A stretch of DNA of 64,000 bases, from IMG/VR virus record IMGVR_UViG_3300026484_000110, one strand, 5' to 3'. The stretch is from a virus. How positions within the stretch are numbered: the first letter of the stretch is position 1; every line of letters begins with the position of its first letter. Positions 48,359-59,333 of the stretch are shown in pieces. The position numbers and the translations under genes were made by a program. The notes below the pieces were generated by a model. That model saw only the letters and a program-made list of their open reading frames with translations. It ran no database searches and had not been told where the DNA came from.

Positions 48359-49717
48359 ATGGGACCATTAGATAGAGTATTAGGATTTGAAGAAGCAGAT
48401 GAGCTTACTGGTAACGGAGTAATTGACTTCGGTAATGCAGAAGTAGAACCAGAAGAAGCAATGATGGAAGCAGTAGAAGCTTTTGAAGAAGTAACTACTG
48501 TGGCAACCGATTTAGAAGTATTGACAAACGGATTCGAAGCTATCGAACATAGCATAGCTATCGATGCTGAATTGATTGCAAAAGGTAAAATGACACCCGA
48601 AACAGCAGTAGTAGGATTTGAGTCTTTTAAAGCAAACCTAAAAATGTTAGGTGTAGATCCTGAGTCTGTAGCTGTAGCGGGATTTGAAGAAGATGGTGGT
48701 AAAGGTGAAAAAGAAGGATGGCTAGGTAAAATCTGGGGAGCTATTAAAACCGGACTTAAAAAATTATGGGAAGCTGTAGTTAGATTCGTAGAAAAAGTAT
48801 CTGATTTTATAGCTAGCCTATTCGGTAAAAGAGCTAGAAGTGCAGATAGTCTTAAAAAACTACTTGAGAAAGTAAAAGAAGCAGGTAAAGATTTACCTAA
48901 AGATGCTAAATTTAGCGAAGGTGATGCTAAAACTCTAGCCAATAATCTAGCAGTAATTGAAACAGTATGTAAAACTGTAGATGTAAAAGGAATTGAATGC
49001 TTCCTAAAAGAAGCAGAGGATATATTTGCAACTACAGTAGACGGCTATGAAATATTGTCAAAGACGATAACAGATAATAAAGATGAAAAGAAAATTAAAG
49101 CATCTTTATTGGGTACTATTTCTAGTCTTAAATCAGGTAAGATCGAAGGCGTAGCTGGTGAAGTAGTTAAAAATAAAATAAAACTTGATAATAAATACGT
49201 TTATGGTACAGTTAGTGAAATTAGACCTAATTTAATTAAGGTAGTTGTTTTATCGGCCGATAAAAAAAGAATAGATGAAATTGAAACAGAACTTAATAAG
49301 GACGATGCTAACCTTACAAAAGTTATTAATGATTTAAGAAAAGCAATAGCATACAATGTAGTAGAAGTAAGACCTGATAAAAAGCAGGTAGAGGCTCTTG
49401 CTAAGAAAATTCAACCTGTAGATGTAAAAGAAGCTGAGCAAATTGTGACAGCTCTTGAGAAAGCGTCTAAACCTATTAGTAAAACAGTAAAAGATATTAA
49501 AAAAGTTGTTAAAGAAACAGATAAACAAATTAAAGATTTAATTAAAATTGCTGAAAAAGATGACTTATATAAAACATACTTAGTATTTCTTAATAAGGTA
49601 ATAATACCGATGAGCAGGGCAGTTGCTACGGGAGCTATAAATACGGCAGCTGAACTTACTAAATCTAGAATTGCTATGTTAGTTACATATAGTGTTAAAC
49701 TATATACTAAATCTTAA
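48359..49717 (+). CDS. Internal head protein paralog 2 (phiKZ gp93-97 family-like)
   Basis: Four GFE sites, NLKMLGV and WLGKIWGAIKTGLKKLWEAV; start moved to 48359. Confidence 0.75.
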   Translation: MGPLDRVLGFEEADELTGNGVIDFGNAEVEPEEAMMEAVEAFEEVTTVATDLEVLTNGFEAIEHSIAIDAELIAKGKMTPETAVVGFESFKANLKMLGVDPESVAVAGFEEDGGKGEKEGWLGKIWGAIKTGLKKLWEAVVRFVEKVSDFIASLFGKRARSADSLKKLLEKVKEAGKDLPKDAKFSEGDAKTLANNLAVIETVCKTVDVKGIECFLKEAEDIFATTVDGYEILSKTITDNKDEKKIKASLLGTISSLKSGKIEGVAGEVVKNKIKLDNKYVYGTVSEIRPNLIKVVVLSADKKRIDEIETELNKDDANLTKVINDLRKAIAYNVVEVRPDKKQVEALAKKIQPVDVKEAEQIVTALEKASKPISKTVKDIKKVVKETDKQIKDLIKIAEKDDLYKTYLVFLNKVIIPMSRAVATGAINTAAELTKSRIAMLVTYSVKLYTKS

Positions 49718-49728
49718 GGTATTAAATA

Positions 49729-49755
49729 ATTCACTAGGGAAATTCCCTAGTGAAT
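49729..49755 (+). terminator. Hairpin terminator
   Basis: ATTCACTAGGGAA-A-TTCCCTAGTGAAT followed by a T tract. Confidence 0.75.
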
Positions 49756-49795
49756 CACTTTTTTCCATGAATGAGATTAGACTAAAGGAAAAAAG

Positions 49796-51166
49796 ATGGA
49801 TTTAATAAAACAATACACGTATAATGTTGAATGTGAGGTGAGCGTTGAAAAAGATGATGAACTATCCATTGGGTTAGAGGAAATGGAATATATGGATCTG
49901 ATAGATGAGCAAATACAAATTTCTAAAGCTACAGACTTAGCGTTAAATGCTTATAATGTAAATAATGACATAGTGACAAACGGTTATGAGGACATGCTAA
50001 GCAATCTTAAAATATTAGGTATATCTGATATTAGAACAGGTAATGAAGATGCTAAAACTCTTTTAAAAAAGACATGGAGAATAGTAAAGACGGCTATAAT
50101 AGAATCTATAAGAATTACAGCTGAATTAATGGTAAAAGCAGTTAATTTCTTGTTTAGAGTAATTACAGGTAAGACTGTGTTTATCTCACAGATGAGAAAA
50201 AGAGTGAATGAAATACGAACAAAGCGATTATCCAGAGCTTCTACAGCATTATCGGATAAAGTTGCTGATAAAATAAGAAAACAATTATTTGGTGTTGGTA
50301 TTGTGTCTAACGAAATTAGTTATGTAGGGTTATTTAGGTATTTTAATGTAGTTAAAGGTTTAGATGTTAAGGAATACAATAACGTAGCCTTAATTGCAGC
50401 ATTAGAGGATAATCCTAGTGAGATAGCCAGTAAAGTAAAAACTATTTTTCAAAAGTTAACAGGTATTCGAATTATAAAACAGAAAAATATAAATATACCT
50501 GATGATCCAGATGAAATATTAGATATTTTCGAATCACTTTTATTATTTTCTTATTATAATAATAAAATTGGATTATCTGAAATAGACAAAGTTTTAGACA
50601 AAATTTTACCAAGTAACTTAGACAAGAAAATAAACATTATTTCCTTAAATTATGATAAAGTAGTATTAGGTGTACGGATGTATAAAAATCCGGATACTAG
50701 TAATATTATTAAAAATATGGTCTATAGTAAAGGTGATGAAAACTTAACATTGTTAAATGATGCTATGAATAAATTAAAATCTTTAACAAAGTATGAAAAA
50801 ATTTCTTTAAATCCTACAAATACAAATTACAAGAATTTCACTGTTAAAGTACTAGACGTTGATGAAGTAGATGGAACAATACGTGAAATAGAATTAATGG
50901 CTAAACATTATAAGGGTATCTTAGATAAGTATAAAAGACAGTTTAGTAAGTTTAATAAATACGTTAACAAACTATTAGAACACGGTGATAGTCTTCAAAA
51001 ATTAAAGGGTGAAGTATATAGAAATATGGTGTCCTATTTACTAAATACAGAATTTAAATTCATTATAGATAGTTTTAATGGACTTATTAGTATGTCTAGA
51101 AATGTGAACAATTATGCTATTTATGATTACTTAGATGAATGTTTAAAACTATATGAAGTATTTTAA
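49796..51166 (+). CDS. Internal head protein paralog 3
   Basis: GLE/GYE/GNE sites and NLKILGI. Confidence 0.7.
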   Translation: MDLIKQYTYNVECEVSVEKDDELSIGLEEMEYMDLIDEQIQISKATDLALNAYNVNNDIVTNGYEDMLSNLKILGISDIRTGNEDAKTLLKKTWRIVKTAIIESIRITAELMVKAVNFLFRVITGKTVFISQMRKRVNEIRTKRLSRASTALSDKVADKIRKQLFGVGIVSNEISYVGLFRYFNVVKGLDVKEYNNVALIAALEDNPSEIASKVKTIFQKLTGIRIIKQKNINIPDDPDEILDIFESLLLFSYYNNKIGLSEIDKVLDKILPSNLDKKINIISLNYDKVVLGVRMYKNPDTSNIIKNMVYSKGDENLTLLNDAMNKLKSLTKYEKISLNPTNTNYKNFTVKVLDVDEVDGTIREIELMAKHYKGILDKYKRQFSKFNKYVNKLLEHGDSLQKLKGEVYRNMVSYLLNTEFKFIIDSFNGLISMSRNVNNYAIYDYLDECLKLYEVF

Positions 51167-51193
51167 TAAACTGATAAAAAAAAGGAGCAAATT

Positions 51194-52750
51194 ATGAGCA
51201 TTTTAAGTAAATACACTGAAAATAGTAATCAGACAACATCAGTAGATGGTGATGAGATAGAGATAGGTTATGAGTTGGTGGATTTGTTGGATAATGTAGA
51301 AAAAACAAAACAAATATCTACCGATTTAAATATCCTATATATAGGTTATGAAACAGTATCCAAATTAAATACAGGATTTGAATCTAATTTAATTATGTTA
51401 GGCATAGATCCAGATACAATAAGATTAGGATACGAAGGCAAAGATAATATTTTATCTAAGACTATAACTGCTATAAAAACTGGTATAAAAAAATTATGGG
51501 ATTTTATAGTAGGTATGGTAGAAAAAGTAGTTAACTGGTTTAAGAAAGTATTTAAGAAAATATTCGGTAAAGACAGTGAAGGACTAGAAAAAGTAAAAGA
51601 AGAAAACAAAAGGAAAATAGAAGAATTAGAAGCAATAATTAAGAAAAAAGATCAAGAACTTAGAGAATTAAATATAAATCTTGAAGGTCTTAAAAACAGG
51701 ATTAATAATTATAAAGAAATAATAAATAATCTGGAATCACATAACGCGGAATTACAAGAAAGAATTAATAACGCACGTGAGGATGAAAAAATTCTATCCG
51801 AAGAGAATAAAAAATTATCTCAAGAGCTTCAAAAAACTAAGAAAAAATTGGAAAACTTGGTAGCTAGTTTAAATGCTGCCAATCGTGAGAAAGATTCGTA
51901 TAAAAAAGATTTAGAATTCTATATAGAATTGTTGGAGAAATTCATAGATATTTCCGGTAAAAAAGCTCTTACAATAAGATCAAGGTTAAATAATTTTCTA
52001 GATGAGAACAAACTCGCAAAGTATTGCATGTTGAATGGTGTATCGCCAGTTATAATATTGGATTTTATATCTAGAGTCAGAATGTTGTATAAATACTTAC
52101 TAATGCTACTTGCAGGTAAAGAAGCAGATAGCAAATTAATAGCGATGGCATCTCGATTACCAGCAATAGAAGATGTCGAGAATAGCATTGCACCTATTTG
52201 TTTTAAAGATACATATTTTACTGGAATTAACACAGAAGTAATTGATGAAATAATAAAGCTAGTAGAAAATAAAAATCTAGAAGACATAATGAAAGATACA
52301 GTATTAAAAAATGAATTACAAATTAAATTAGAAAAGGTAATATCAGATTTTCCATATTCTAATTTTGATGTAATAGGAAAAACTACATCTAATACCAAGC
52401 TTTTACTTAATGAATTTGGAAACTTATATGACTTTTTAATAAATATTAAAAAGCACAAATTACTAGATCCATATATAAAAACTTTGGAAAAAGATACAAG
52501 AAGTATAAAGAATATAGTAGATAGCGCATTAAACGGAGAAGCTTTAAGCGATATGCAACTAACTTTAATTAGAAAAGTTTCTAACGATTATAATAAAATA
52601 GTAAATTGTTTTAATAATAATCTAAATTCCATTACAAAAATTATTAACGAGGTAAATAAGTTAGTATTGGAAGAAAAGATTTTAGGTGAAAATACAGATT
52701 TTATACTTAAAAATATAAGTAGTTTAGGTCATCTTTTAGATCGCATATAG
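51194..52750 (+). CDS. Internal head protein paralog 4 with a long coiled coil
   Basis: GYE/GFE sites, NLIMLGI and IKTGIKKLWDFIV. Confidence 0.7.
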   Translation: MSILSKYTENSNQTTSVDGDEIEIGYELVDLLDNVEKTKQISTDLNILYIGYETVSKLNTGFESNLIMLGIDPDTIRLGYEGKDNILSKTITAIKTGIKKLWDFIVGMVEKVVNWFKKVFKKIFGKDSEGLEKVKEENKRKIEELEAIIKKKDQELRELNINLEGLKNRINNYKEIINNLESHNAELQERINNAREDEKILSEENKKLSQELQKTKKKLENLVASLNAANREKDSYKKDLEFYIELLEKFIDISGKKALTIRSRLNNFLDENKLAKYCMLNGVSPVIILDFISRVRMLYKYLLMLLAGKEADSKLIAMASRLPAIEDVENSIAPICFKDTYFTGINTEVIDEIIKLVENKNLEDIMKDTVLKNELQIKLEKVISDFPYSNFDVIGKTTSNTKLLLNEFGNLYDFLINIKKHKLLDPYIKTLEKDTRSIKNIVDSALNGEALSDMQLTLIRKVSNDYNKIVNCFNNNLNSITKIINEVNKLVLEEKILGENTDFILKNISSLGHLLDRI

Positions 52751-52769
52751 GAGAGAATTCTCCTATATG
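52744..52769 (+). terminator. Hairpin terminator containing TAG
   Basis: CATATAGGAGA-GAAT-TCTCCTATATG. Confidence 0.75.
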
Positions 52770-52804
52770 TGTTCTCATGAATTATTAATTATAAGGAGTA
52801 ATAG

Positions 52805-53368
52805 ATGAAAAAAGAATACATAGAAACACTTTATTCAAGAGCAAAAAGATGTATTATGGAAAACAAAATCGACTGTCTTGATTTAGAAGAAAATAAAATG
52901 TTATACATCGTAATGTATATTGTTAATTTCCTAAAGGAGAATGAAAAAGATGTTAGTATAGGAGAATTAAGTAGAATATCAAAAATTTATATAGACAGAC
53001 CAGATAATTGTATATTGAAGCCAGTAAACGAATTATTAGAAGATTATTCAGAATTTAAAGATAGTTTTAATTTAGAGAATATCGATAATACGAATAATTG
53101 TCAATTAGTAGATCAGAATCATAGAGATATTATTGCCTTTATGTATAAAAACATATTGTCTAATAATGAATGTTACGAAGAGTTAGTGTTTGATATTAAA
53201 GAATTTGGTGAAAAGACATCTGTTAACTTTACTAATTCTGATAAAGTAAGTGATTTAATAATATTCGCATTTACATTTTATGGATTAACCATAGGTACTT
53301 TATTGTCAGTAGGATTGTTAAAAATATTAGGAATCTACGATGATAACAAGAATAGTATTACTGAATAA
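52805..53368 (+). CDS. Hypothetical protein with a C-terminal hydrophobic segment
   Basis: LIIFAFTFYGLTIGTLLSVGLLKILGI; SD AAGGAG. Confidence 0.65.
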   Translation: MKKEYIETLYSRAKRCIMENKIDCLDLEENKMLYIVMYIVNFLKENEKDVSIGELSRISKIYIDRPDNCILKPVNELLEDYSEFKDSFNLENIDNTNNCQLVDQNHRDIIAFMYKNILSNNECYEELVFDIKEFGEKTSVNFTNSDKVSDLIIFAFTFYGLTIGTLLSVGLLKILGIYDDNKNSITE

Positions 53369-54755
53369 TACTGAGTTTACAATAGATAGACCTATAGTAA
53401 AATCGGCAATAGATAAGATAAAAAATGATTTATTAAAAAATAAGGAAATGCCTGTTTATTTTATAACTGATAAAGAAGAGGCTAATTTTGAAACAGATTA
53501 TAATATTAAAGATAATAAAACTTATTCTACCCATATGGAAGTAAATGTAGAAAAGATACAAGAATCGGATTACATGTTTAATAATACTGCGGTATATCCA
53601 GATAGTAAAGCTATATTAATGGATAACAATATAGGTTATTTAGTAAATAATAACATCATAAATACTACTTTTAACTTAAATATAAGATTATATAGTAAGA
53701 ATAGAAATGAAATAGTGAGATTAATTAGTTTATTAAAATCTACAGCTATTACAGATAGTAATAGATTAGTAATGGATGTAGAATATTATTATACAATTCC
53801 TGTTCCTGTGTTAGCTTTAACAATTAATATTGCAGAATTATTAAATAAAAAACCTAGTGAATATTTGTTGGAAATATCACGTGTACCTATTGATTATATT
53901 AAATCGAGAACAGATGATTATAAGGTACCTATTGTAAGGGAAATACAACCTAATGTGTTTATTTATTTAATGTCAGAGCCATATGATTTAAAACCTGAAA
54001 AAGATGAAAAAGGTTACTATATAGAATTACAATTTAGTTTTGATATTGAAATACCGAGTTCATTATTTTTAAGATATCCTATTACAGTAAATAACAAACC
54101 TATAGATAAAAAGTTTTTACCAGATGAAATTACGAGAATACATGTAGATGCAAATAATTATTTCACAGAAGCAATGGAAAAGATTAAAAATAATGTAGAT
54201 ATGTATGTTAGGGAATCGGATGTAATTATTAAGGTACCAAATTACGACAGTTTTGATTTTAATAGAATAGCTAAGAAACCTGGTATGGTAAGATTAGTAT
54301 CTATACTGTTAGAAATTTTACCAGAAGATCCTAATTTAATTTTAACACTTGAAGAATTAAAAGCTCTGGGTATTAATGAATTTGTTTTAGATTATCTAAA
54401 GACTAGGATAGGCGATTCATTATTTAAACCAGGATTTGATATTTTTCATTTTGAGTTATTTGAAAATCAAAACTTAAGGGATTTAGGACTTTATTTAAAT
54501 ACAGATGGAGAAATTAGGAGTAGTAAGGAGTTGGATTTAAATAAGACGTATAGGATAGTATTAAACGTAGTAGTGGATTTAAATATAATATTTAGCCCGG
54601 ATGGTTTAAATTATAATTTAGCACAACAATATATAGAAATGTTGAAAAAATTAAATTTACAATATCATTATGAGACTGACAATATCATGTATACAGTAAT
54701 GTTGATGAAGATTATAACAATGACTTTGAATGATTTTAATAAAAATAAGGAGTAA
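53340..54755 (+). CDS. Virion structural protein (phiKZ gp98-like)
   Basis: TEFTIDRPIV...I and LRYPITVNNKPI..KF motifs; synteny. Confidence 0.55.
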   Translation: MITRIVLLNNTEFTIDRPIVKSAIDKIKNDLLKNKEMPVYFITDKEEANFETDYNIKDNKTYSTHMEVNVEKIQESDYMFNNTAVYPDSKAILMDNNIGYLVNNNIINTTFNLNIRLYSKNRNEIVRLISLLKSTAITDSNRLVMDVEYYYTIPVPVLALTINIAELLNKKPSEYLLEISRVPIDYIKSRTDDYKVPIVREIQPNVFIYLMSEPYDLKPEKDEKGYYIELQFSFDIEIPSSLFLRYPITVNNKPIDKKFLPDEITRIHVDANNYFTEAMEKIKNNVDMYVRESDVIIKVPNYDSFDFNRIAKKPGMVRLVSILLEILPEDPNLILTLEELKALGINEFVLDYLKTRIGDSLFKPGFDIFHFELFENQNLRDLGLYLNTDGEIRSSKELDLNKTYRIVLNVVVDLNIIFSPDGLNYNLAQQYIEMLKKLNLQYHYETDNIMYTVMLMKIITMTLNDFNKNKE

Positions 54756-56228
54756 ATGATGAATATTTTAGAAAAGTATGATGAAATAAATAAAACTGAA
54801 TTTATTTATGAAGAAAGTAAAACTGAGTATGGTTTTGAAGATTTAGATTTAGTTACTATAATTGAGAAAGTAAGAGATGCAGAAGTTGGTTATGAAATGT
54901 TAGCAAATATTGATGATGTCGATAATTTTGAAATTGGTTTTGAAGAAGGGTATCGGTATTTAGAAACTAATTTAAAGGCACTTGGAGTTACATATAGTCC
55001 AGGTTATGAAGGCGTGAAAGATACCATTAAAAACATGGGTGAAAGAATAGGTGATGTTTTACTAAAACTTTAGTACAGTATTAAAGATCTAGTTTCTAAA
55101 GTACTAGATTTTATTAAAAAATTATTAGGTAAAAAAATAGATTCATTTAGTAGATTGGAAGAAACATATAATAAAGTTAGTGAAAATGGTAAGAAAAAAT
55201 TAGTTTTAGAAAAGAATGAATTTGACGATAAAACTAAACAAATTCTAGCATCTAAACTATCATTACCTGTCATATTTAATAAAAACCATTTAGACGGTAA
55301 AGGTTTATTAGAATACTATACTGCAGTAGAAGACAAAATGAAAAAGAATACTAAAAATATTGAGAATTATTTTGGTGTTTATGTTTCAACTTTGTCAACA
55401 TTTAATCTTAATGATATTAGAGAAATTGCATACTATTCTGATAAAAAAGGATTTGGTGCGTTAATAGAAAGATTAAAAGACGGTAAAGTAGAATCTAAAA
55501 ATAACGGTGAATTAGATAAGGTAATAAATGATTATTTACAAATGAAGAAGTTATTGGGATTACCTGGATTTGTAGATATTACAGGCGTGAAAGATGATAT
55601 TATTTACGTAACTGGTATAGTTTATAAAGGCGATGTTAAAGAATTGGAAAACGCGTTTAATGATTATAAAGTTTTCTTTAAAAAGATGATTGCTGGTGAA
55701 AAAATTAGTAAAGAAGATTTCAAGTTGAAGATGAAATTTAAAAATGAAGTAGGAAAATTAAGTTTAATTTCGGAAGAAATAATAATAAGAAAAGATTATA
55801 TAAAAAATGCCGAAGTTAAACCTTTAGATCCTAATAAGGAAATTTTACCTCTTATAAAAACGGGTAAATCATTGATAAACGATTTAACAAAAGAGTTGAA
55901 TAACGGTGAAAAAGAATTAGACAAAGTTACAAAAATGATGAAAAAAGTTAATAAAGATTTAAAGACTTTATATATAACTAAAGAAAAGAAGATGGATCCA
56001 GTTAATAGTGCATTGATTATGGGCGTGTTTTATCCTGAAGTATTAAGAGCTATTAAGGTTTTAGATAAAGTAAACGGTGGTGTTATTAGAAACTTTTTAA
56101 AACACAATACAAAATCATTAAACGGTCTTATTAAATCAAATATTTATACATATGGTGTAAAATCTTTAAACTTGTGTAAAGGAATAGAAATTAAATTGTC
56201 AGATAGTAAAGACTTAGTAGTTGTGTAG
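54756..56228 (+). pseudogene. Internal head protein paralog 5 interrupted by an in-frame TAG (55071-73)
   Basis: Track ORFs 54756-55073 and 55155-56228 share one frame; reading through gives LLKL*YSIKDLVSKVLDFIKKLL, where paralogs have KKLW. Confidence 0.75.
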
Positions 56229-56264
56229 TGGATAATTTGATTAAAAAAAAATGAAGGAGAAATA

Positions 56265-57491
56265 ATGGGTATTTTAGATAGATATGAAGCTTTTGAGGAA
56301 ACAACTGAACCATTTACTGCACCTGGCTATGAGGAGATAGTCGAAGTAGGTACCGGGCTTTTAGAAGCAGAAATGAATAATGTTTCGGCTGGTTTAGAGA
56401 TGATATATGGAGCAACTGTTGCTATGGAAGAAATGCTAGTTAAGATAGAAACTAAACATCAAGAAGGTAAACTTACAGAACTAGATATTGCTAAAGGTTT
56501 TGAAGTAGTAGCTAATATAGAAAGAACTATTTTTGGTAACGAAAGTGTAACTATACCTGGTTATGAATCTGTAGAAGCAGGCTATGAAGGTCTACAGGAT
56601 ATGGCTAAAAAAGTATTAGAAAAACTTAAAGCAGCTATGAAAGGTGTATTTAACGGTTTAAAATCGGTACTTAAAAAACTAGGTAAAATAAGAAGATGGT
56701 TCATGGGTTATAATAAACACCTAGACGATATAGTTAAAGAACTAGAGGAAATGACTGATGTGAAGTCTTTTAAAGTAAAAACTGATAACATCGGACTTAA
56801 TCTTTATTTTAATATTTACAAAGATCTAAATTTTAAAAATATGGAGGACTTTGTGAATACTAATGCTGATCAACTTTTAGATGGAAGTATTAGCGAGGGT
56901 ATACGTAAATTGTATGTCGAGTTGATGAAAATCAAAGGTCCTAAGGACGTTTCTAAATCATTTCCTAAAAATACTACAGTATTAAAAATGTTGGATAAAA
57001 TAGATTGTAGAATGTTGAACGAATTAAAAAGTTGGAAACCTGATTTAGTATTGGCACCTATAGGTTTTAGTAATAAAAAAGTCGAAATAATTGGTTATAA
57101 ACCTTCTGAAAATAATGAAAAAGTTGATTATAAAAGAGCAATGTGCTCAGGTATAGTACCTAAAGTAGATGAAATTACTATTAAAAGAGAAGATCTTATT
57201 AAACTTGTAAAAGATAGTAAAAAACTTTATAAAGTTATGAAGGAAATAGATGATTACTATAGTAAAGGAGTAGCTGAAAACTGGTTAGACGGTATGATAG
57301 ATGACGCAGCTGAAGTAATGGGTGGTCTACCAGGAGCAATAGTAAAATTAGCTAAACAGTTAAAGATTGGTGCAGGAATGCAGCTTATGATAAATACGTA
57401 TTTTGATTCTTTAATTACTTTGTATAACGGTATTGCAAGTTTACCTATTAGGTATGAAGCAATAATTAAAAAATCTGAAAAAATTAAATAG
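56265..57491 (+). CDS. Internal head protein paralog 6
   Basis: Five G(Y/L/F)E sites followed by an amphipathic helix. Confidence 0.7.
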   Translation: MGILDRYEAFEETTEPFTAPGYEEIVEVGTGLLEAEMNNVSAGLEMIYGATVAMEEMLVKIETKHQEGKLTELDIAKGFEVVANIERTIFGNESVTIPGYESVEAGYEGLQDMAKKVLEKLKAAMKGVFNGLKSVLKKLGKIRRWFMGYNKHLDDIVKELEEMTDVKSFKVKTDNIGLNLYFNIYKDLNFKNMEDFVNTNADQLLDGSISEGIRKLYVELMKIKGPKDVSKSFPKNTTVLKMLDKIDCRMLNELKSWKPDLVLAPIGFSNKKVEIIGYKPSENNEKVDYKRAMCSGIVPKVDEITIKREDLIKLVKDSKKLYKVMKEIDDYYSKGVAENWLDGMIDDAAEVMGGLPGAIVKLAKQLKIGAGMQLMINTYFDSLITLYNGIASLPIRYEAIIKKSEKIK

Positions 57492-57516
57492 TAAAGAGGA
57501 AATATCCTCTTTACTA
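57489..57516 (+). terminator. Hairpin terminator starting at TAG
   Basis: TAGTAAAGAGGA-AATA-TCCTCTTTACTA. Confidence 0.75.
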
Positions 57517-57557
57517 ATATCCCTTTCTTTCTGTGAAAGAAAGTATTTAAGGAGATA

Positions 57558-58817
57558 ATGATGCCTATATTTAGTGTAAAAGAAGATATAAAGGTAAACG
57601 TTGAAGAAACAAAAGTAGATAATACTAGAATAATGGAAACAGATGAACCTAATACTATTATTTTAAATCAGATAGGCGGTTATAAATGGAAGGTAAATTA
57701 TTTTAATTTAATTACCAACATAACTGATTACCAATCTGATTTTGATTTGTCGTTAGATTTACCGATTACCGAGTATAACGAAATAAAGGACTTAATTATA
57801 TTTTTAAATTCACCATTAGATAATAGCAAGCCCGACGATATTACGGGAGAAGGTATTATCCTATTATCTGTCTTGCCTAAATTAGGAGATTTATTTATAG
57901 CGAATTTAATGGATGGAAGAAAAGGATTGTTTATTTTAACTGGTGTTACTAGAGGCGTATACAATAATAGAGATGTATATAAAATTAACTTTAAACTATA
58001 TTACATAATAGACAATACAAACATAGAGATAGTGAAAAGATTAAAAGAAAAAACCGTTAATAGTTTTTATTATAACGACAGATATGGAATAGAAAATAAC
58101 CAACAAATATATACTACTGAACAGTATGTAGATGTAAATTTCTTTAAAGCAGAATTATCTAACTTAATATCATTTTTTAATAGAAGAATGATTTTACCTA
58201 CTAATTACAACATAATAGGTTATAAAACACTTAATGGAATTATCTATGATCCAAATTTAGAATACTTTATTAAAAGAGTCATTGGTGTATCCAATTTAAA
58301 AAGAGATGTTTATCTTTATGATTTAGATAAACAGATATCTATATTAGACTATATGATAGATGATTCTATTATGATAGAAGAGATTAAACGATACAGGAAC
58401 TTAAAGTTCGTTACAGAATACGGTAATAATGTTTATTTAAAACCTATTAGATATAGTCCTGTAAATTGGGTAGTGAAACTAGAAAATGTCTATAACACTC
58501 CGGAAATTGATGAAAATTTCGAAAATAATGAAAATGAATATTATCCGCCATTGAATAAAAAAAGTTATATATTTTCAGAAGACTTTTATGATGTTTTATT
58601 TGGTATTAAAGTAATAGAAGATACTAACTTAACGTTATTTGAAAATGTGATATTAAAATTAATAGATAAGGAACCTATTGATAAAAATGATATTTTAACT
58701 TTAATACGTAGTAAAGAGGATTTGAGTGTTGTACAACAATTATATTTTATACCTATTTTATATTTTATTATAAAATACTATTTAAACAGTTTTACTACTG
58801 TTAGTATAGGAGAATGA
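57558..58817 (+). CDS. Virion structural protein (phiKZ gp99-like)
   Basis: GYKWKVNYF and PKLGDLFIANLMDGRKGLF motifs. Confidence 0.6.
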   Translation: MMPIFSVKEDIKVNVEETKVDNTRIMETDEPNTIILNQIGGYKWKVNYFNLITNITDYQSDFDLSLDLPITEYNEIKDLIIFLNSPLDNSKPDDITGEGIILLSVLPKLGDLFIANLMDGRKGLFILTGVTRGVYNNRDVYKINFKLYYIIDNTNIEIVKRLKEKTVNSFYYNDRYGIENNQQIYTTEQYVDVNFFKAELSNLISFFNRRMILPTNYNIIGYKTLNGIIYDPNLEYFIKRVIGVSNLKRDVYLYDLDKQISILDYMIDDSIMIEEIKRYRNLKFVTEYGNNVYLKPIRYSPVNWVVKLENVYNTPEIDENFENNENEYYPPLNKKSYIFSEDFYDVLFGIKVIEDTNLTLFENVILKLIDKEPIDKNDILTLIRSKEDLSVVQQLYFIPILYFIIKYYLNSFTTVSIGE

Positions 58818-58818
58818 A

Positions 58819-59322
58819 ATGAATGGTTATGTTAGTCCAGTTACTATAAAAATGCAAGCATACGAGAAATTAAACAAAAGATTGATTTTAGTAAGAGTAC
58901 CCCAAGTAGCACTATATTCAGAAGAAGAATTAAAAGTTATGGGTATACCAATTAATATTGTAGATGGTAAAGAGGATAAGAAATCAATTACACAATATAC
59001 TACAGTAATGTTACCTTTAAGTAAAATATTAGATATTTACAGTAATGGATTTACAATTAGAATAGTGAATTCGGATGAAATACCTGCTATTGCTGAATTC
59101 TTAACAGAAGTTTTAGATTTATTAGAATATAGCTTAAATGTAACCGATACTGAATTGAAAGATAAAATTAAAATGTTTTTAGATGGAGTAATAGATTTGA
59201 ATAAAGATTACATTGTTAATAAAATTAATGAGCAAATTAATGATGATGGACTAGAAGATGACTTATTTATGTCTTCTGAAAGAATTAGACCAAAAATTGA
59301 CATTAGTAAATTAGAAGTTTAA
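58819..59322 (+). CDS. Conserved hypothetical protein (phiKZ gp100-like)
   Basis: Synteny; VRVP...YSEEELK..GIP. Confidence 0.5.
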   Translation: MNGYVSPVTIKMQAYEKLNKRLILVRVPQVALYSEEELKVMGIPINIVDGKEDKKSITQYTTVMLPLSKILDIYSNGFTIRIVNSDEIPAIAEFLTEVLDLLEYSLNVTDTELKDKIKMFLDGVIDLNKDYIVNKINEQINDDGLEDDLFMSSERIRPKIDISKLEV

Positions 59323-59333
59323 AAGGAGAAATA

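Noticed and set aside
48310-48942. 210-aa antisense ORF and similar shadows (24201-24740, 44912-45382, 51919-52458, 19473-19874, 10253-10714, 5076-5495, 7911-8261)
   Set aside because: They lie opposite well-supported genes, have S/F/L/I-rich composition typical of reverse-complemented AT-rich coding DNA, and lack SD sites.
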